This document shows, piece after piece, positions 28,163 through 36,892 of a stretch of 64,000 nt of DNA; position 1 is the first letter of the stretch; each line of letters opens with the position of its first letter. Made by a program: the position numbers and the translations under genes. A model generated the notes under the pieces. It ran no database searches and was not told the DNA's origin. It saw only the letters and a program-made list of their open reading frames with translations. The stretch is from the NCBI GenBank assembly GCA_963728915.1, contig CAVSLV010000001.1, positions 128,001 through 192,000 of the forward strand, written 5' to 3'. This DNA is from an uncultured Gemmatimonadales bacterium. GTDB taxonomy: Bacteria > Gemmatimonadota > Gemmatimonadetes > Gemmatimonadales > GWC2-71-9.

Positions 28163-28285
28163 TACGTTTTCCTTTGATCCGGCACTGCGCTATCAAAGTC
28201 AATATATGCCGAAGGCTTAATGGTGCCAGATGCGATCACGACGAGGGGAAACGCCGCCGCATTGGCGAGGGTGATCGGTTGCCTG

Positions 28286-29314
28286 TTACAAGGCGGCACG
28301 AGCCTCTCGAACCCGGAGACCGGTGCGGGCCAGGGACCAGAGACCCAGCAGCACGATGGGCAGGAAGGTGGCCACGTGATAGGTGACCCCGTAGGCGACT
28401 CCGAGGCTCGCCGAGACGCCGAAGAGGGCGAGGGCCGCCGCGGCGACCAGCTCGAAGACCCCGAAATAGCCTGGCGTGCTCGGCGCCGCGACGCCGAACG
28501 CAAGCAGGGTCTGCACCAGGAGCGCGCCCGCAAAATCCACCCGGATATCGAAGGCGAAGAACGCCACATAAAAGGAAGCAGCGTTGAGTAACCAGTGGGC
28601 GATCGACCAGGACGCGGCCGGGAGCAGGCGGCGGGGATCGCGAAGGACCTCGAAGCCCCGGCGCAGGGATTCGAGCAGGGCGACGGTCCGATCCGCCAGT
28701 CGCGGAACGGGGACCACCGCCCGCACCACCCGCTCGGCGGGCCGGGGAAAGAGGATCACTCCCAGGGCGCCCACAAAAATCAGGACACACAGCAGCCCGG
28801 CCCGAAGGGCAATCTGATCCAGCCGGGCTCCCATGACTTCGGTGCTCCCCGGAAGCCCGGAGCGAAGCAGGGCGACCCCCAGGAGGCCGAGGAGGGTGAG
28901 CAGGTCGAGGGCGCGTTCCACCGCGATGGAGGAGAAACTGGCGCCGATCGGGACCTGGCCGAGGCGGCTCACCGCATAGGAGCGCACCAGCTCGCCGAGC
29001 CGGAAGGGCAGGGTGTTGTTCGCCATGAACCCCATCGCGGTCGCGTGCCAGAGCGCCGCCGGCGCGACCGGGCTGCCATCGGGTTTTCGGATCAGGTAGT
29101 GCCAGCGGATGGCGCGGACCCCGAAAGTTGCGGTGGCGAGCAGCACCGCCCCGATCAGGGGAACCGGGTGGGCCTTCCGCAGGTGGTCCAGGATTTCTCC
29201 GAAGGAGGTATCGCGGAGAATCCAGTAGAGCAGTCCAAGGGAGACCAGGACCACCCCCGCCGCGACGATTCGCCGACGGACGGTCCCCCGGGTGGCCGGG
29301 CTATTCGCGTTCAA
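28286..29314 (-). CDS. Lysylphosphatidylglycerol synthase TM / flippase-like (UPF0104) protein
   Basis: RAIRW, GFMANNTLPFRLGELVR, ERALD, PSTPGYFGVFE. Confidence 0.9.
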   Translation of the reverse strand: MNANSPATRGTVRRRIVAAGVVLVSLGLLYWILRDTSFGEILDHLRKAHPVPLIGAVLLATATFGVRAIRWHYLIRKPDGSPVAPAALWHATAMGFMANNTLPFRLGELVRSYAVSRLGQVPIGASFSSIAVERALDLLTLLGLLGVALLRSGLPGSTEVMGARLDQIALRAGLLCVLIFVGALGVILFPRPAERVVRAVVPVPRLADRTVALLESLRRGFEVLRDPRRLLPAASWSIAHWLLNAASFYVAFFAFDIRVDFAGALLVQTLLAFGVAAPSTPGYFGVFELVAAAALALFGVSASLGVAYGVTYHVATFLPIVLLGLWSLARTGLRVREARAAL

Positions 29315-30140
29315 GCGCGAGCGGCACGAGGTCGAAGAGTTCGTCGACGAGATACTGGGGAAACGGGGTAGCGCCCCGGGTCTGCCACTCGGCGGCGAGC
29401 TCCAGGCGGAGCAGCTCGGCTCGTTCGAGGGCTCGCCGCCCGCGGTAGAGCAGCTGCTGGATCGGGACCGCGGTTTCCTCGGGCGGCCGGCCGTGGAGCA
29501 GCCGGAACAGGGTGGCGAAGGTTTGCTCGAACGGACTGTATTCCGCGACCGGCTCGGCGACCAGGGCCTCCATGGGAACCGGCAGCAACAGCGATTCGAT
29601 CGGGACGATCACCAGCTCGTCGGCATACAGGAGCGATTCGATCCCCACGACCGGATCGGCGTCGAACCGGACCGGGGCGGGCGCCAGGGATTCAATCGGG
29701 ACGATCAGGTCGTCGTCGGGCGCCAGCGCCGCGATCGGGACGATGTCGTCGTCCGGGGCCAGGGATTCGATCGGCACCACTTCCTCGCCGGGATCCTCCA
29801 GCTGCAACGCCTCAGCGATCCGGCGACAGAGGTCGATTTCCCCGACCGACCAGTCCTTGAGCTTGCGAAGCAGCAGCTGGCACTGGCCCACCCCTGCGCC
29901 GAGCCGTCCCGCGAGCCACGGGGTCCAGCGGACGATCCCATCCTGGTACCGGCGGGCGACGTCTTCGATGGCTCCGGCCGCCACCGCATAACCCGGGGGC
30001 CCGCCCATGAGCGCGGCGCTCCGAAGCGCGCGCGCCAGCCGGCGAAGGTGCTCCCGGTCGGGGGCCGGCTTCCGGGAGAGCTGGGCGATCCGCTCCAGGT
30101 ACTCGCCCGCTTCGAGGGCGAAGAACTCCGGACGGCTCAC
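29301..30140 (-). CDS. Hypothetical protein with HPt-like N-terminal helices and repeated VPIESL motifs
   Basis: EFFALEAGEYL...L.R.ARALRSAALM; about seven [VI]VPI[EA]xL-type repeats; overlaps the pdxJ stop. Confidence 0.75.
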   Translation of the reverse strand: MSRPEFFALEAGEYLERIAQLSRKPAPDREHLRRLARALRSAALMGGPPGYAVAAGAIEDVARRYQDGIVRWTPWLAGRLGAGVGQCQLLLRKLKDWSVGEIDLCRRIAEALQLEDPGEEVVPIESLAPDDDIVPIAALAPDDDLIVPIESLAPAPVRFDADPVVGIESLLYADELVIVPIESLLLPVPMEALVAEPVAEYSPFEQTFATLFRLLHGRPPEETAVPIQQLLYRGRRALERAELLRLELAAEWQTRGATPFPQYLVDELFDLVPLALERE

Positions 30141-30865
30141 CCCGGGTTCCTCGCTTCGTCGACCAGCCGGCGCATGGTGGCGACCGCTTCGGTCATGCCC
30201 GTCATGATGGCGCGGCTGACGATGCTGTGGCCGATGTTGAGCTCTTCGATGTCGGGGATCGCGGCCACCGGCTGAACGTTGAGATAGGTGAGTCCATGCC
30301 CGGCATGCACCGCGAGCCCGATCTCGCGGGCATGGTGTGCCGCATCCGCAAGCAGGCCCAGCGCCCGGCCGCCGGTCCGCCAGGTCTCGGCGTACCGGCC
30401 GGTGTGCAGCTCGATCGCGGGGACTCCCAGAGCCTTGGCGGCATCGATGGTCCGGAGGTCAGGGTCGATGAACAAGGACACCCGGATGTCATGGCTCGTC
30501 AGCTGCGCGATCGCCTCGGGCAGGCGGGGATCCTGGCGGGAAAGGTCGAGTCCTCCTTCGGTGGTGATTTCCTCCCGGCGCTCGGGAACCAGGGTGGCCT
30601 GGTAAGGCCGCAGCCGGCACACGATCTCCAGCACGTCGGGAGCGAGGGCCAGCTCGGCATTGAGGACAGTTCCTACGCTCCGGGCGAGGGCCACGAGGTC
30701 GTGATCGTGAATGTGGCGGCGATCTTCGCGAAGATGGGCCGTAATCCCGTCGGCCCCCGCGGCTTCGGCGGCGGCGGCCGCCGCCACCGGATCGGGCTCG
30801 TCGGTCCGGCGGGCCTCCCGCAGCGTCGCAACGTGATCGATGTTCACGTACAGCCTCAGTGCCAC
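30137..30865 (-). CDS. pdxJ: Pyridoxine 5'-phosphate synthase
   Basis: VNIDHVATLR.AR, HLREDRRHI, LVPE.REE.TTEGG, ELHTG, AGHGL, ELNIGH. Confidence 0.98.
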   Translation of the reverse strand: MALRLYVNIDHVATLREARRTDEPDPVAAAAAAEAAGADGITAHLREDRRHIHDHDLVALARSVGTVLNAELALAPDVLEIVCRLRPYQATLVPERREEITTEGGLDLSRQDPRLPEAIAQLTSHDIRVSLFIDPDLRTIDAAKALGVPAIELHTGRYAETWRTGGRALGLLADAAHHAREIGLAVHAGHGLTYLNVQPVAAIPDIEELNIGHSIVSRAIMTGMTEAVATMRRLVDEARNPG

Positions 30866-30934
30866 GCAATTGCTCCCGGGAAGGGCGTTCGGTTACTTTC
30901 GCCAGTTGGCCGTGTCGGCTCCGGAGGATCCTCG

Positions 30935-31375
30935 ATGCGAATCCCGTTCCTGATTGGCGCGGCAGCCCTCGCCGCCTGTAGCAGCAACCGGTCCGCGTCG
31001 GTGTCTCCCGATCTGTCCGCAACCCAGGTGGTCCAGGCGTTCATGGGGGCGGCCGCGGACAGTAATCTGGCCCGGATGGGCGATCTGTGGGGCAACCAGC
31101 GTGGTCCCGCGAACCTGACCCGGTTTCCCCCGGAGTGGGAAAAGCGACTGTTGGTGATGCAGGTGTACCTGCGGGGCGACCGCGCGCGGATCGTGTCGGA
31201 CATGCCGGTTCCGGGGAACAAGAACCAGCGCCGGCTTTCGGTCGAGCTGCATCGCGGGTCGTGCGTCATGCAGATTCCCATCACCACGGTGCGAAGCGGC
31301 AAGGGCTGGCTGGTCGAAACGGTCGACATCAGCGCGGCGGGAAATCCGGCTCGACCCTGCGGCGTCACGCCCTGA
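30935..31375 (+). CDS. Hypothetical lipoprotein
   Basis: GGAGG RBS; MRIPFLIGAAALAAC lipobox. Confidence 0.75.
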   Translation: MRIPFLIGAAALAACSSNRSASVSPDLSATQVVQAFMGAAADSNLARMGDLWGNQRGPANLTRFPPEWEKRLLVMQVYLRGDRARIVSDMPVPGNKNQRRLSVELHRGSCVMQIPITTVRSGKGWLVETVDISAAGNPARPCGVTP

Positions 31376-31377
31376 CG

Positions 31378-31779
31378 TCATTCGGTGAGCTCGAGCAGGA
31401 TCCCGGAGGTCGACCGGGGATGCAGAAAGGCGATCCGTCTTCCCCCGGCTCCCCGGCGCGGGGTGTCATCGATGGGCTGGTAGCCCGAGCGGCGGCAGGC
31501 CGCGAGGGCCGCGTCGAGATCGGCGACCCGGAAGCAGAGGTGGTGAATCCCGGGGCCATGACGTTCGAGGAACCTGGCGATCGGCGTGCCCGGTTCCGCA
31601 GAGAAGAGGAGCTCGATCCGGGTGTCACCCAGGGTGACCGGGACGATGGTCGCCCCATCGACGGTTTCCTGGGGGCCGGGCTCGAGGCCGAGTACCTTTC
31701 GGTAGAACGCGAGAGCCTGGTCGAGGTCGGCGACGGCGATCCCGACGTGCGCCAGATGCGGCTCCGACGATGCGGTCAT
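31378..31779 (-). CDS. mce: Methylmalonyl-CoA epimerase
   Basis: HVGIAVADL, IELL, I.RFL..GPGIHH, GAGG..IAFLHP.S..GILLEL. Confidence 0.9.
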   Translation of the reverse strand: MTASSEPHLAHVGIAVADLDQALAFYRKVLGLEPGPQETVDGATIVPVTLGDTRIELLFSAEPGTPIARFLERHGPGIHHLCFRVADLDAALAACRRSGYQPIDDTPRRGAGGRRIAFLHPRSTSGILLELTE

Positions 31780-31809
31780 GAACCCTGAAAGTAACGAGCA
31801 ACTACCATC

Positions 31810-32154
31810 ATGAACACCATGAATTCGAACGGCGCGATCACCCACCTGAGCGACGATTCCTTCGCGACCGACGTCGAGCAGGGCAAGGGACTCGTGCTGG
31901 TGGACTTCTGGGCGGAGTGGTGCGGTCCCTGCCGCGCGATCGCTCCGATTCTGGAACAGCTGGCGACCGCCTACGCGGGCAAGATCCGCATCACCAAGAT
32001 GGACGTGGACGCCCATCCCAAGACCCCGATGCGATTCAACGTGCGGTCGATTCCGAGCCTGCTCTTCTTCAAGGACGGAAAGCACGTCGACACCGTGGTC
32101 GGGCTGGTGCCCCGTCCGGCGCTCGAAGCTCGTATCCAGCAGCATCTGGGCTGA
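31810..32154 (+). CDS. trxA: Thioredoxin
   Basis: VDFWAEWCGPC; VRSIP.LL.FKDG. Confidence 0.97.
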   Translation: MNTMNSNGAITHLSDDSFATDVEQGKGLVLVDFWAEWCGPCRAIAPILEQLATAYAGKIRITKMDVDAHPKTPMRFNVRSIPSLLFFKDGKHVDTVVGLVPRPALEARIQQHLG

Positions 32155-32158
32155 GCCC

Positions 32159-32995
32159 GTGCCCGGCGGCACGCTGTACGTTGTCGCCACCCCTCTCGGT
32201 CACCTCGGCGATCTGACGGCGCGGGTTACGGAGACCCTCCGGTCCGTGCCGATCGTCGCCGCCGAAGACACCCGCCGGACCCGGGCCCTGCTCTCGCATC
32301 TGGACGCCCATCCCCGGCTGGTCGCCTACCATGCCCATGCCGCCCCGGCGGTCACCACGGCCATCCTCGAAGCGATCCGGGACGGCAAGGACGTCGCGCT
32401 GGTGACCGACGCCGGCACACCGGCGGTGAGCGATCCCGGCGGCGTGCTGGTCGACCGGGTGCGGCGGGCCGGATTTCGGGTGGTCCCCCTGCCAGGGCCT
32501 TCCGCCGTAGCCGCAGCGCTCTCCGCCGCGGGATTGCCGGCCGATCGGTACGTCTTCCTTGGTTTTCTTCCCCGCAAGGGCGCCGAACGGAGCCGGATGC
32601 TCGAACGGGTCGGGCGGGAAGACTGGACCATGGTGGCGTTCGAGTCGCCGGAACGGGTGCGATCGCTGCTCGCCGATCTGATCGAGGCCTGCGGTGCGGA
32701 CCGGCTGGCGGTGCTGGCGCGGGAGATGACCAAAGTCCACGAGGAGTTCCGGGCTGGCACCCTGGGCGAGCTTGCGACGAGCCTCGGCTCGGACGAATCC
32801 CTCAAGGGAGAGTGTACGGTGGTGATCGCGGGCCGGCCCCGGACCGGGCGATCCGAGGATGGGGAGCGAATCGGTCAGGCCGCCGACCGGTTGCTCGCGG
32901 CCGGGGTGTCCAGGCGGGAAGTCACCGCGCTGCTGGTCGAGCTCTTCGGAGCCAGCCGCAACGAAGCATATGCGAGGGTGAATCGTGAATCGTAG
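32159..32995 (+). CDS. rsmI: 16S rRNA (C1402-2'-O)-methyltransferase
   Basis: LYVVATPLG, AEDTR, DAGTP.VSDPG, FESPER, REMTK.HEE. Confidence 0.95.
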   Translation: MPGGTLYVVATPLGHLGDLTARVTETLRSVPIVAAEDTRRTRALLSHLDAHPRLVAYHAHAAPAVTTAILEAIRDGKDVALVTDAGTPAVSDPGGVLVDRVRRAGFRVVPLPGPSAVAAALSAAGLPADRYVFLGFLPRKGAERSRMLERVGREDWTMVAFESPERVRSLLADLIEACGADRLAVLAREMTKVHEEFRAGTLGELATSLGSDESLKGECTVVIAGRPRTGRSEDGERIGQAADRLLAAGVSRREVTALLVELFGASRNEAYARVNRES

Positions 32996-33650
32996 CTGGG
33001 CGCTGGCGGTGGTTCTGCTCGGCGCGGGTGGAACCGCGGCGGGGGCCCAGGCCCCGCTCACCATCGGGCGGCTGCACTACGACGGTGGCGGCGACTGGTA
33101 CGCCAATCCCTCCAGCCTGCCCAACCTGCTCGAAGCCATCGGTACCCGGACTCGGCTCAAAGTGACTCCCCGCGAAAAAGTGGTGACGCTCACCGACCCG
33201 GACCTCTGGGAAGTTCCCTATCTCTACATGACCGGCCATGGCAACGTCCGGTTCAGCGACGAGGAAGTCGGCATCCTGCGGCGCTATCTGCAACAGGGGG
33301 GCTTCCTCCATGCGGACGACTGCTACGGCATGGATGTCTCCATCCGTCGCGAGCTGAAGCGGATCTTCCCCGATCGCGAGATGGTGGATGTCCCGCTGGA
33401 TCACGCCATCTACAACGTCATGTACAAGCTTCCGCAGGGGATTCCCAAGATCCATGAGCACGACGGCAAGCCGGCTCAGGGCCTGGGCATCTTCCTCGAT
33501 GGCCGGCTGGTGGTGTACTACAGCTACCAGAGCGACCTGGGCGATGGGTGGGAGGACCCCGAGGTTCATAACGACCCGCCCGAGAAGCGGGAAGCCGCTC
33601 TGCGCATGGGGGTGAACCTGTTTCTTTACGCCGTGGGTGGCCGGCAATGA
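32985..33650 (+). CDS. DUF4159 domain protein (secreted)
   Basis: Y.GGGDWY.NP.SL.NL, YMTGHG, GGFL..DD.YG, DLGDGWED, A.RMG.N. Confidence 0.88.
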   Translation: MNRSWALAVVLLGAGGTAAGAQAPLTIGRLHYDGGGDWYANPSSLPNLLEAIGTRTRLKVTPREKVVTLTDPDLWEVPYLYMTGHGNVRFSDEEVGILRRYLQQGGFLHADDCYGMDVSIRRELKRIFPDREMVDVPLDHAIYNVMYKLPQGIPKIHEHDGKPAQGLGIFLDGRLVVYYSYQSDLGDGWEDPEVHNDPPEKREAALRMGVNLFLYAVGGRQ

Positions 33651-36600
33651 CCCTGACCGCCCAGGCCCTGCGCCACGCGAGGCGTCCCCTTCGGGGACGG
33701 CTCATCGGGCTTGGCACGGTGGCGCCTGTGGCCGGGTTTGTGGCCGGGCTCGCCCTCGCCGGGTGGGCGATTCGGCTGGCGACCCTCTGGTCCCCCTATT
33801 ACGTCGTGGTGGGCTGGGGGTTCGGTTTCCTGACCGCCGGGCTGGTGCTCTGGGCGGTGCTCCGGTTGAGGCGGCGTTTCTCCGTGGTCGGAGTCGCCCA
33901 GCGGCTGGAGCGAACCGGGTGGCGGCTGGGTGCGCTGCAGGGATTCCTCGAACCGGCGGCTTCCGGAACCAGTGACTCGTTGTTCGCGGCGGCCGACGCG
34001 CGCGCCGCGGGTTCCATCGTCTCCGACTCGAGGGCAGCGCTGGCGCCGGAGCGACGCCGATTGGGCCGGGTGCTCGGGATCACGCTCGGGGTACTCGGTG
34101 GCGCGGTCCTGCTTCTCGGCGCGGCGGGCGCCGGCGGGCGTCGCTCCGCCCTGCTCTGGCAACCGCGCCTCACGCTCGGTCTTCTCGCCAGTCCGCTGGA
34201 GCTCAGCACCGATCGGCCGGTGGTCGACCAGGGGGATTCGGTCCATCTCACCGTGTCGGCTCCGGGGCGACAACGAGTCTGGTTGTGGACCCGTTCGCCC
34301 GGCACCGCCTGGACCCGGCAGGAAGTGACCGTCGACTCTTCCGGGTCAGCCCTCCGGACGATCGGTCCGCTGCACGACCCCCTCTATGCCCATCTCACCG
34401 CCGGGGCCCGGAGCTCCGACACGATAGCCGTCGCGGTTCGGCGTCCCGCCTTTCTCGCGTCCCTTGCTCTGACGCTGCGTTATCCCCGCTACCTGGGCAT
34501 CGAGGATGAACCGATCTCCCTGGGGTCCGATACCCTGATCGTCCCGGCCGGAAGCCGGATCGATCTTGCCGGCGAGTCCACCGTCGGGTTGAGCGGTGCG
34601 GACTGGGAGCACGAAGGGATGCGATGGCCGCTTCGGGTCAACGGCGCCGCGATCGAGGGAGGCCTCGCTCCGGCCGTTTCCGGCCGGTACCGTCTGGCGA
34701 TCCGGACCGACGAAGGCATCCCGCTGCCGGGCGATGAGCTGGGGATCACCCTGCGGGTTATGCCGGACACCCCGCCGGCCATCGATATCCCGGTTCCCGC
34801 CAGCGATACCGTCGCGCCGGCGTCGGGGGCGGTCCCCCTGGTGATCGATGCCCGGGACGATCATGGGTTGACCGACGTGACGCTGGAACGGCGGGTGCTC
34901 CGCGCCGGCCAGGCGGTCCCCCTTCCCGAGGAGCGTCTTCCCTTGCCGGGCGCCGGTCTCGATCGGGCCATCCTTCCGGCGGCGGTGGATCCCGCTCTGC
35001 TCAAGCTCCAGGCCGGTGACACACTGGTACTGGCGGCGCGAGCCCGGGACAATGCGCCCACCGGTCAGATCGGACGAAGCCGGGAAGTGCGAGTGATCAT
35101 GCCGACCCGACCCGAGCTCCGGGCCGAAGGTCGTGACCGCGCCGCCCAGCTGGCGAGACAGCTGGATTCCCTGGTTGCGGAGAGTCGTCGGGCGCAGCGC
35201 GAGGCGGAGGATCTCGGGCGGACGCAGCAGCGCGATCGCGCCGGGACCGGTCAGTCGGGAGAGCTGGACTTCGAAGGCGCCAAGAAAGCCCAGTCGGTGG
35301 CCGAGCGGCAGGATGAGCTGCTCAAGGACGCGGAGGCCGCCCGGCACGCGCTGGACGAGCTCAAGGCCAACGCCGAGCGCGCCGGCCTGGCGGACTCGAC
35401 CTTTCTCGAGCGGCTCCGTGAGGTGCAGGAGCAGCTGGATCAGGCCTTGAGTCCCGAGCTTCGCCAGAAGCTGGCCGAGCTGCAGGATGCGCTCAAGGCG
35501 CTCGATCGGGAACGGACCCGCTCGGCGGTGCAGAACCTGAGCGAGGCGCAGCAGAAGCTCCGGGAAGCGCTGGAGCGAAGCCGGGAGCTCTTCAAGCGTG
35601 CCGCCCTCGAGGGTGAGCTCGCCTCGCTGGAGCAGGAGTCGAAGGAGCTCACCGCGGCGCAGCGCGACTGGAATTCCACCCTGGGAACCAAGGACTCGGC
35701 GCGCACCGCGCAGGACGAGCGGGCCCTGGCGCAGCGCGCCGACAGCGTGGCCGGGGGTCTCAAGGAGGCGGCCCGCCAGCTCGAGTCCGAGGAGCGTCAG
35801 GATGCCTTGAACCGGGCCGCCGATACGGCGCGGGCCGCGGCGGGCCAGATGCGGCAGGCGGCGAACGCCGCGGAGCGATCCCGGAAGAACGAAGCGCAGC
35901 AGAGCGGACAGCAGGCGGCCGCCCGGCTCGGCAAGGTGCAGCAGAAGGTGCAGGAGCAGCGGGAAGGCCAGCAGGAGGAATGGCGCGAGGAAGTCGTCGC
36001 CCAGCTCGATCGCGCCCTCCTCGAAACCACCCGGCTCGCGGAACGTCAACTCGCGATTGCGGAACAGTTCCGCCGGGGCGCCGAGGCGAACGCGGCGCGG
36101 ACCGCCCAGGGCACGGCCGAGGAAGCGGTGCAGAAACTGCTCGATCAGGTCGCCGCCGCCAGCGGGAAGAATGCGCTGGTTTCTCCCCAGATCCTCGCGG
36201 CGCTGGCCGAGGCCCGGGAGCAGATGCAGAAGGCTCGGGAAGCGTCGTCCAGCGTGACCGGGACCATGCGGGAATCCGCGCAGAGCGCAGGCGAGGCGGT
36301 GGACGCGTTGAACGTGGCCGCCTACGGGTTGCTCCGGTCACGCGAAGAGGTGTCGGGGGCCAGCAGCGGCTCGGGGTTCGCCGAGGCGATGCAGCGCATG
36401 ACCCAGCTTGCCAATCGGCAGGGCCAGCTGAGCCAGGATGCGAACGGCCTGCTTCCCCTCATGGGCGCGAACAGCGCGCAGCAGCAACTCCAGGCGCTGG
36501 CTGCCCGGCAACGGGTCCTGGCGCAGGAGCTGGAGCGGCTCCGGGCCCAGGGAGCGATCGATGCCAAACCGCTGGGAGACGAAGCGGGTGACCTGGCCCG

Positions 36601-36892
36601 GCAGATGGAACGCGGCCGGCTCGATCAGGACATCGTCGCCCGGCAGGAGCGCCTCTTCCGCCGGATGCTCGATGCGGGTCGCACTCTGCAAGGTCGCGAG
36701 GAAGATCAACAGAAGGAGCGCCAGAGCGAGACCGCCAAGCCCGGTCAGCTCCTGGTGCCACCGGCGCTTCGCGACCGGTTGCTCCGGGAGACCATCCGCT
36801 TGCCCGATTGGGAAACGCTGCAGCGGCTTTCCCCGGAGGAGCGTCGTCTGGTGACCGACTACTTCCGGCGGCTCAGCGGGGCCATCCCATGA
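33647..36892 (+). CDS. DUF4175-like membrane-anchored coiled-coil protein
   Basis: N-terminal TMs, Ig-like region (YPRYLG, DTPP, ARDDHGL, ARDN), long Q/E-rich coiled coil, C-terminal DYFRRL. Confidence 0.75.
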   Translation: MTLTAQALRHARRPLRGRLIGLGTVAPVAGFVAGLALAGWAIRLATLWSPYYVVVGWGFGFLTAGLVLWAVLRLRRRFSVVGVAQRLERTGWRLGALQGFLEPAASGTSDSLFAAADARAAGSIVSDSRAALAPERRRLGRVLGITLGVLGGAVLLLGAAGAGGRRSALLWQPRLTLGLLASPLELSTDRPVVDQGDSVHLTVSAPGRQRVWLWTRSPGTAWTRQEVTVDSSGSALRTIGPLHDPLYAHLTAGARSSDTIAVAVRRPAFLASLALTLRYPRYLGIEDEPISLGSDTLIVPAGSRIDLAGESTVGLSGADWEHEGMRWPLRVNGAAIEGGLAPAVSGRYRLAIRTDEGIPLPGDELGITLRVMPDTPPAIDIPVPASDTVAPASGAVPLVIDARDDHGLTDVTLERRVLRAGQAVPLPEERLPLPGAGLDRAILPAAVDPALLKLQAGDTLVLAARARDNAPTGQIGRSREVRVIMPTRPELRAEGRDRAAQLARQLDSLVAESRRAQREAEDLGRTQQRDRAGTGQSGELDFEGAKKAQSVAERQDELLKDAEAARHALDELKANAERAGLADSTFLERLREVQEQLDQALSPELRQKLAELQDALKALDRERTRSAVQNLSEAQQKLREALERSRELFKRAALEGELASLEQESKELTAAQRDWNSTLGTKDSARTAQDERALAQRADSVAGGLKEAARQLESEERQDALNRAADTARAAAGQMRQAANAAERSRKNEAQQSGQQAAARLGKVQQKVQEQREGQQEEWREEVVAQLDRALLETTRLAERQLAIAEQFRRGAEANAARTAQGTAEEAVQKLLDQVAAASGKNALVSPQILAALAEAREQMQKAREASSSVTGTMRESAQSAGEAVDALNVAAYGLLRSREEVSGASSGSGFAEAMQRMTQLANRQGQLSQDANGLLPLMGANSAQQQLQALAARQRVLAQELERLRAQGAIDAKPLGDEAGDLARQMERGRLDQDIVARQERLFRRMLDAGRTLQGREEDQQKERQSETAKPGQLLVPPALRDRLLRETIRLPDWETLQRLSPEERRLVTDYFRRLSGAIP

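Noticed and set aside
28163..28285. Precursor peptide gene directly upstream of the RRE gene
   Set aside because: No ORF with an RBS and leader motif on the minus strand; the gap looks like an A/T-richer promoter region.
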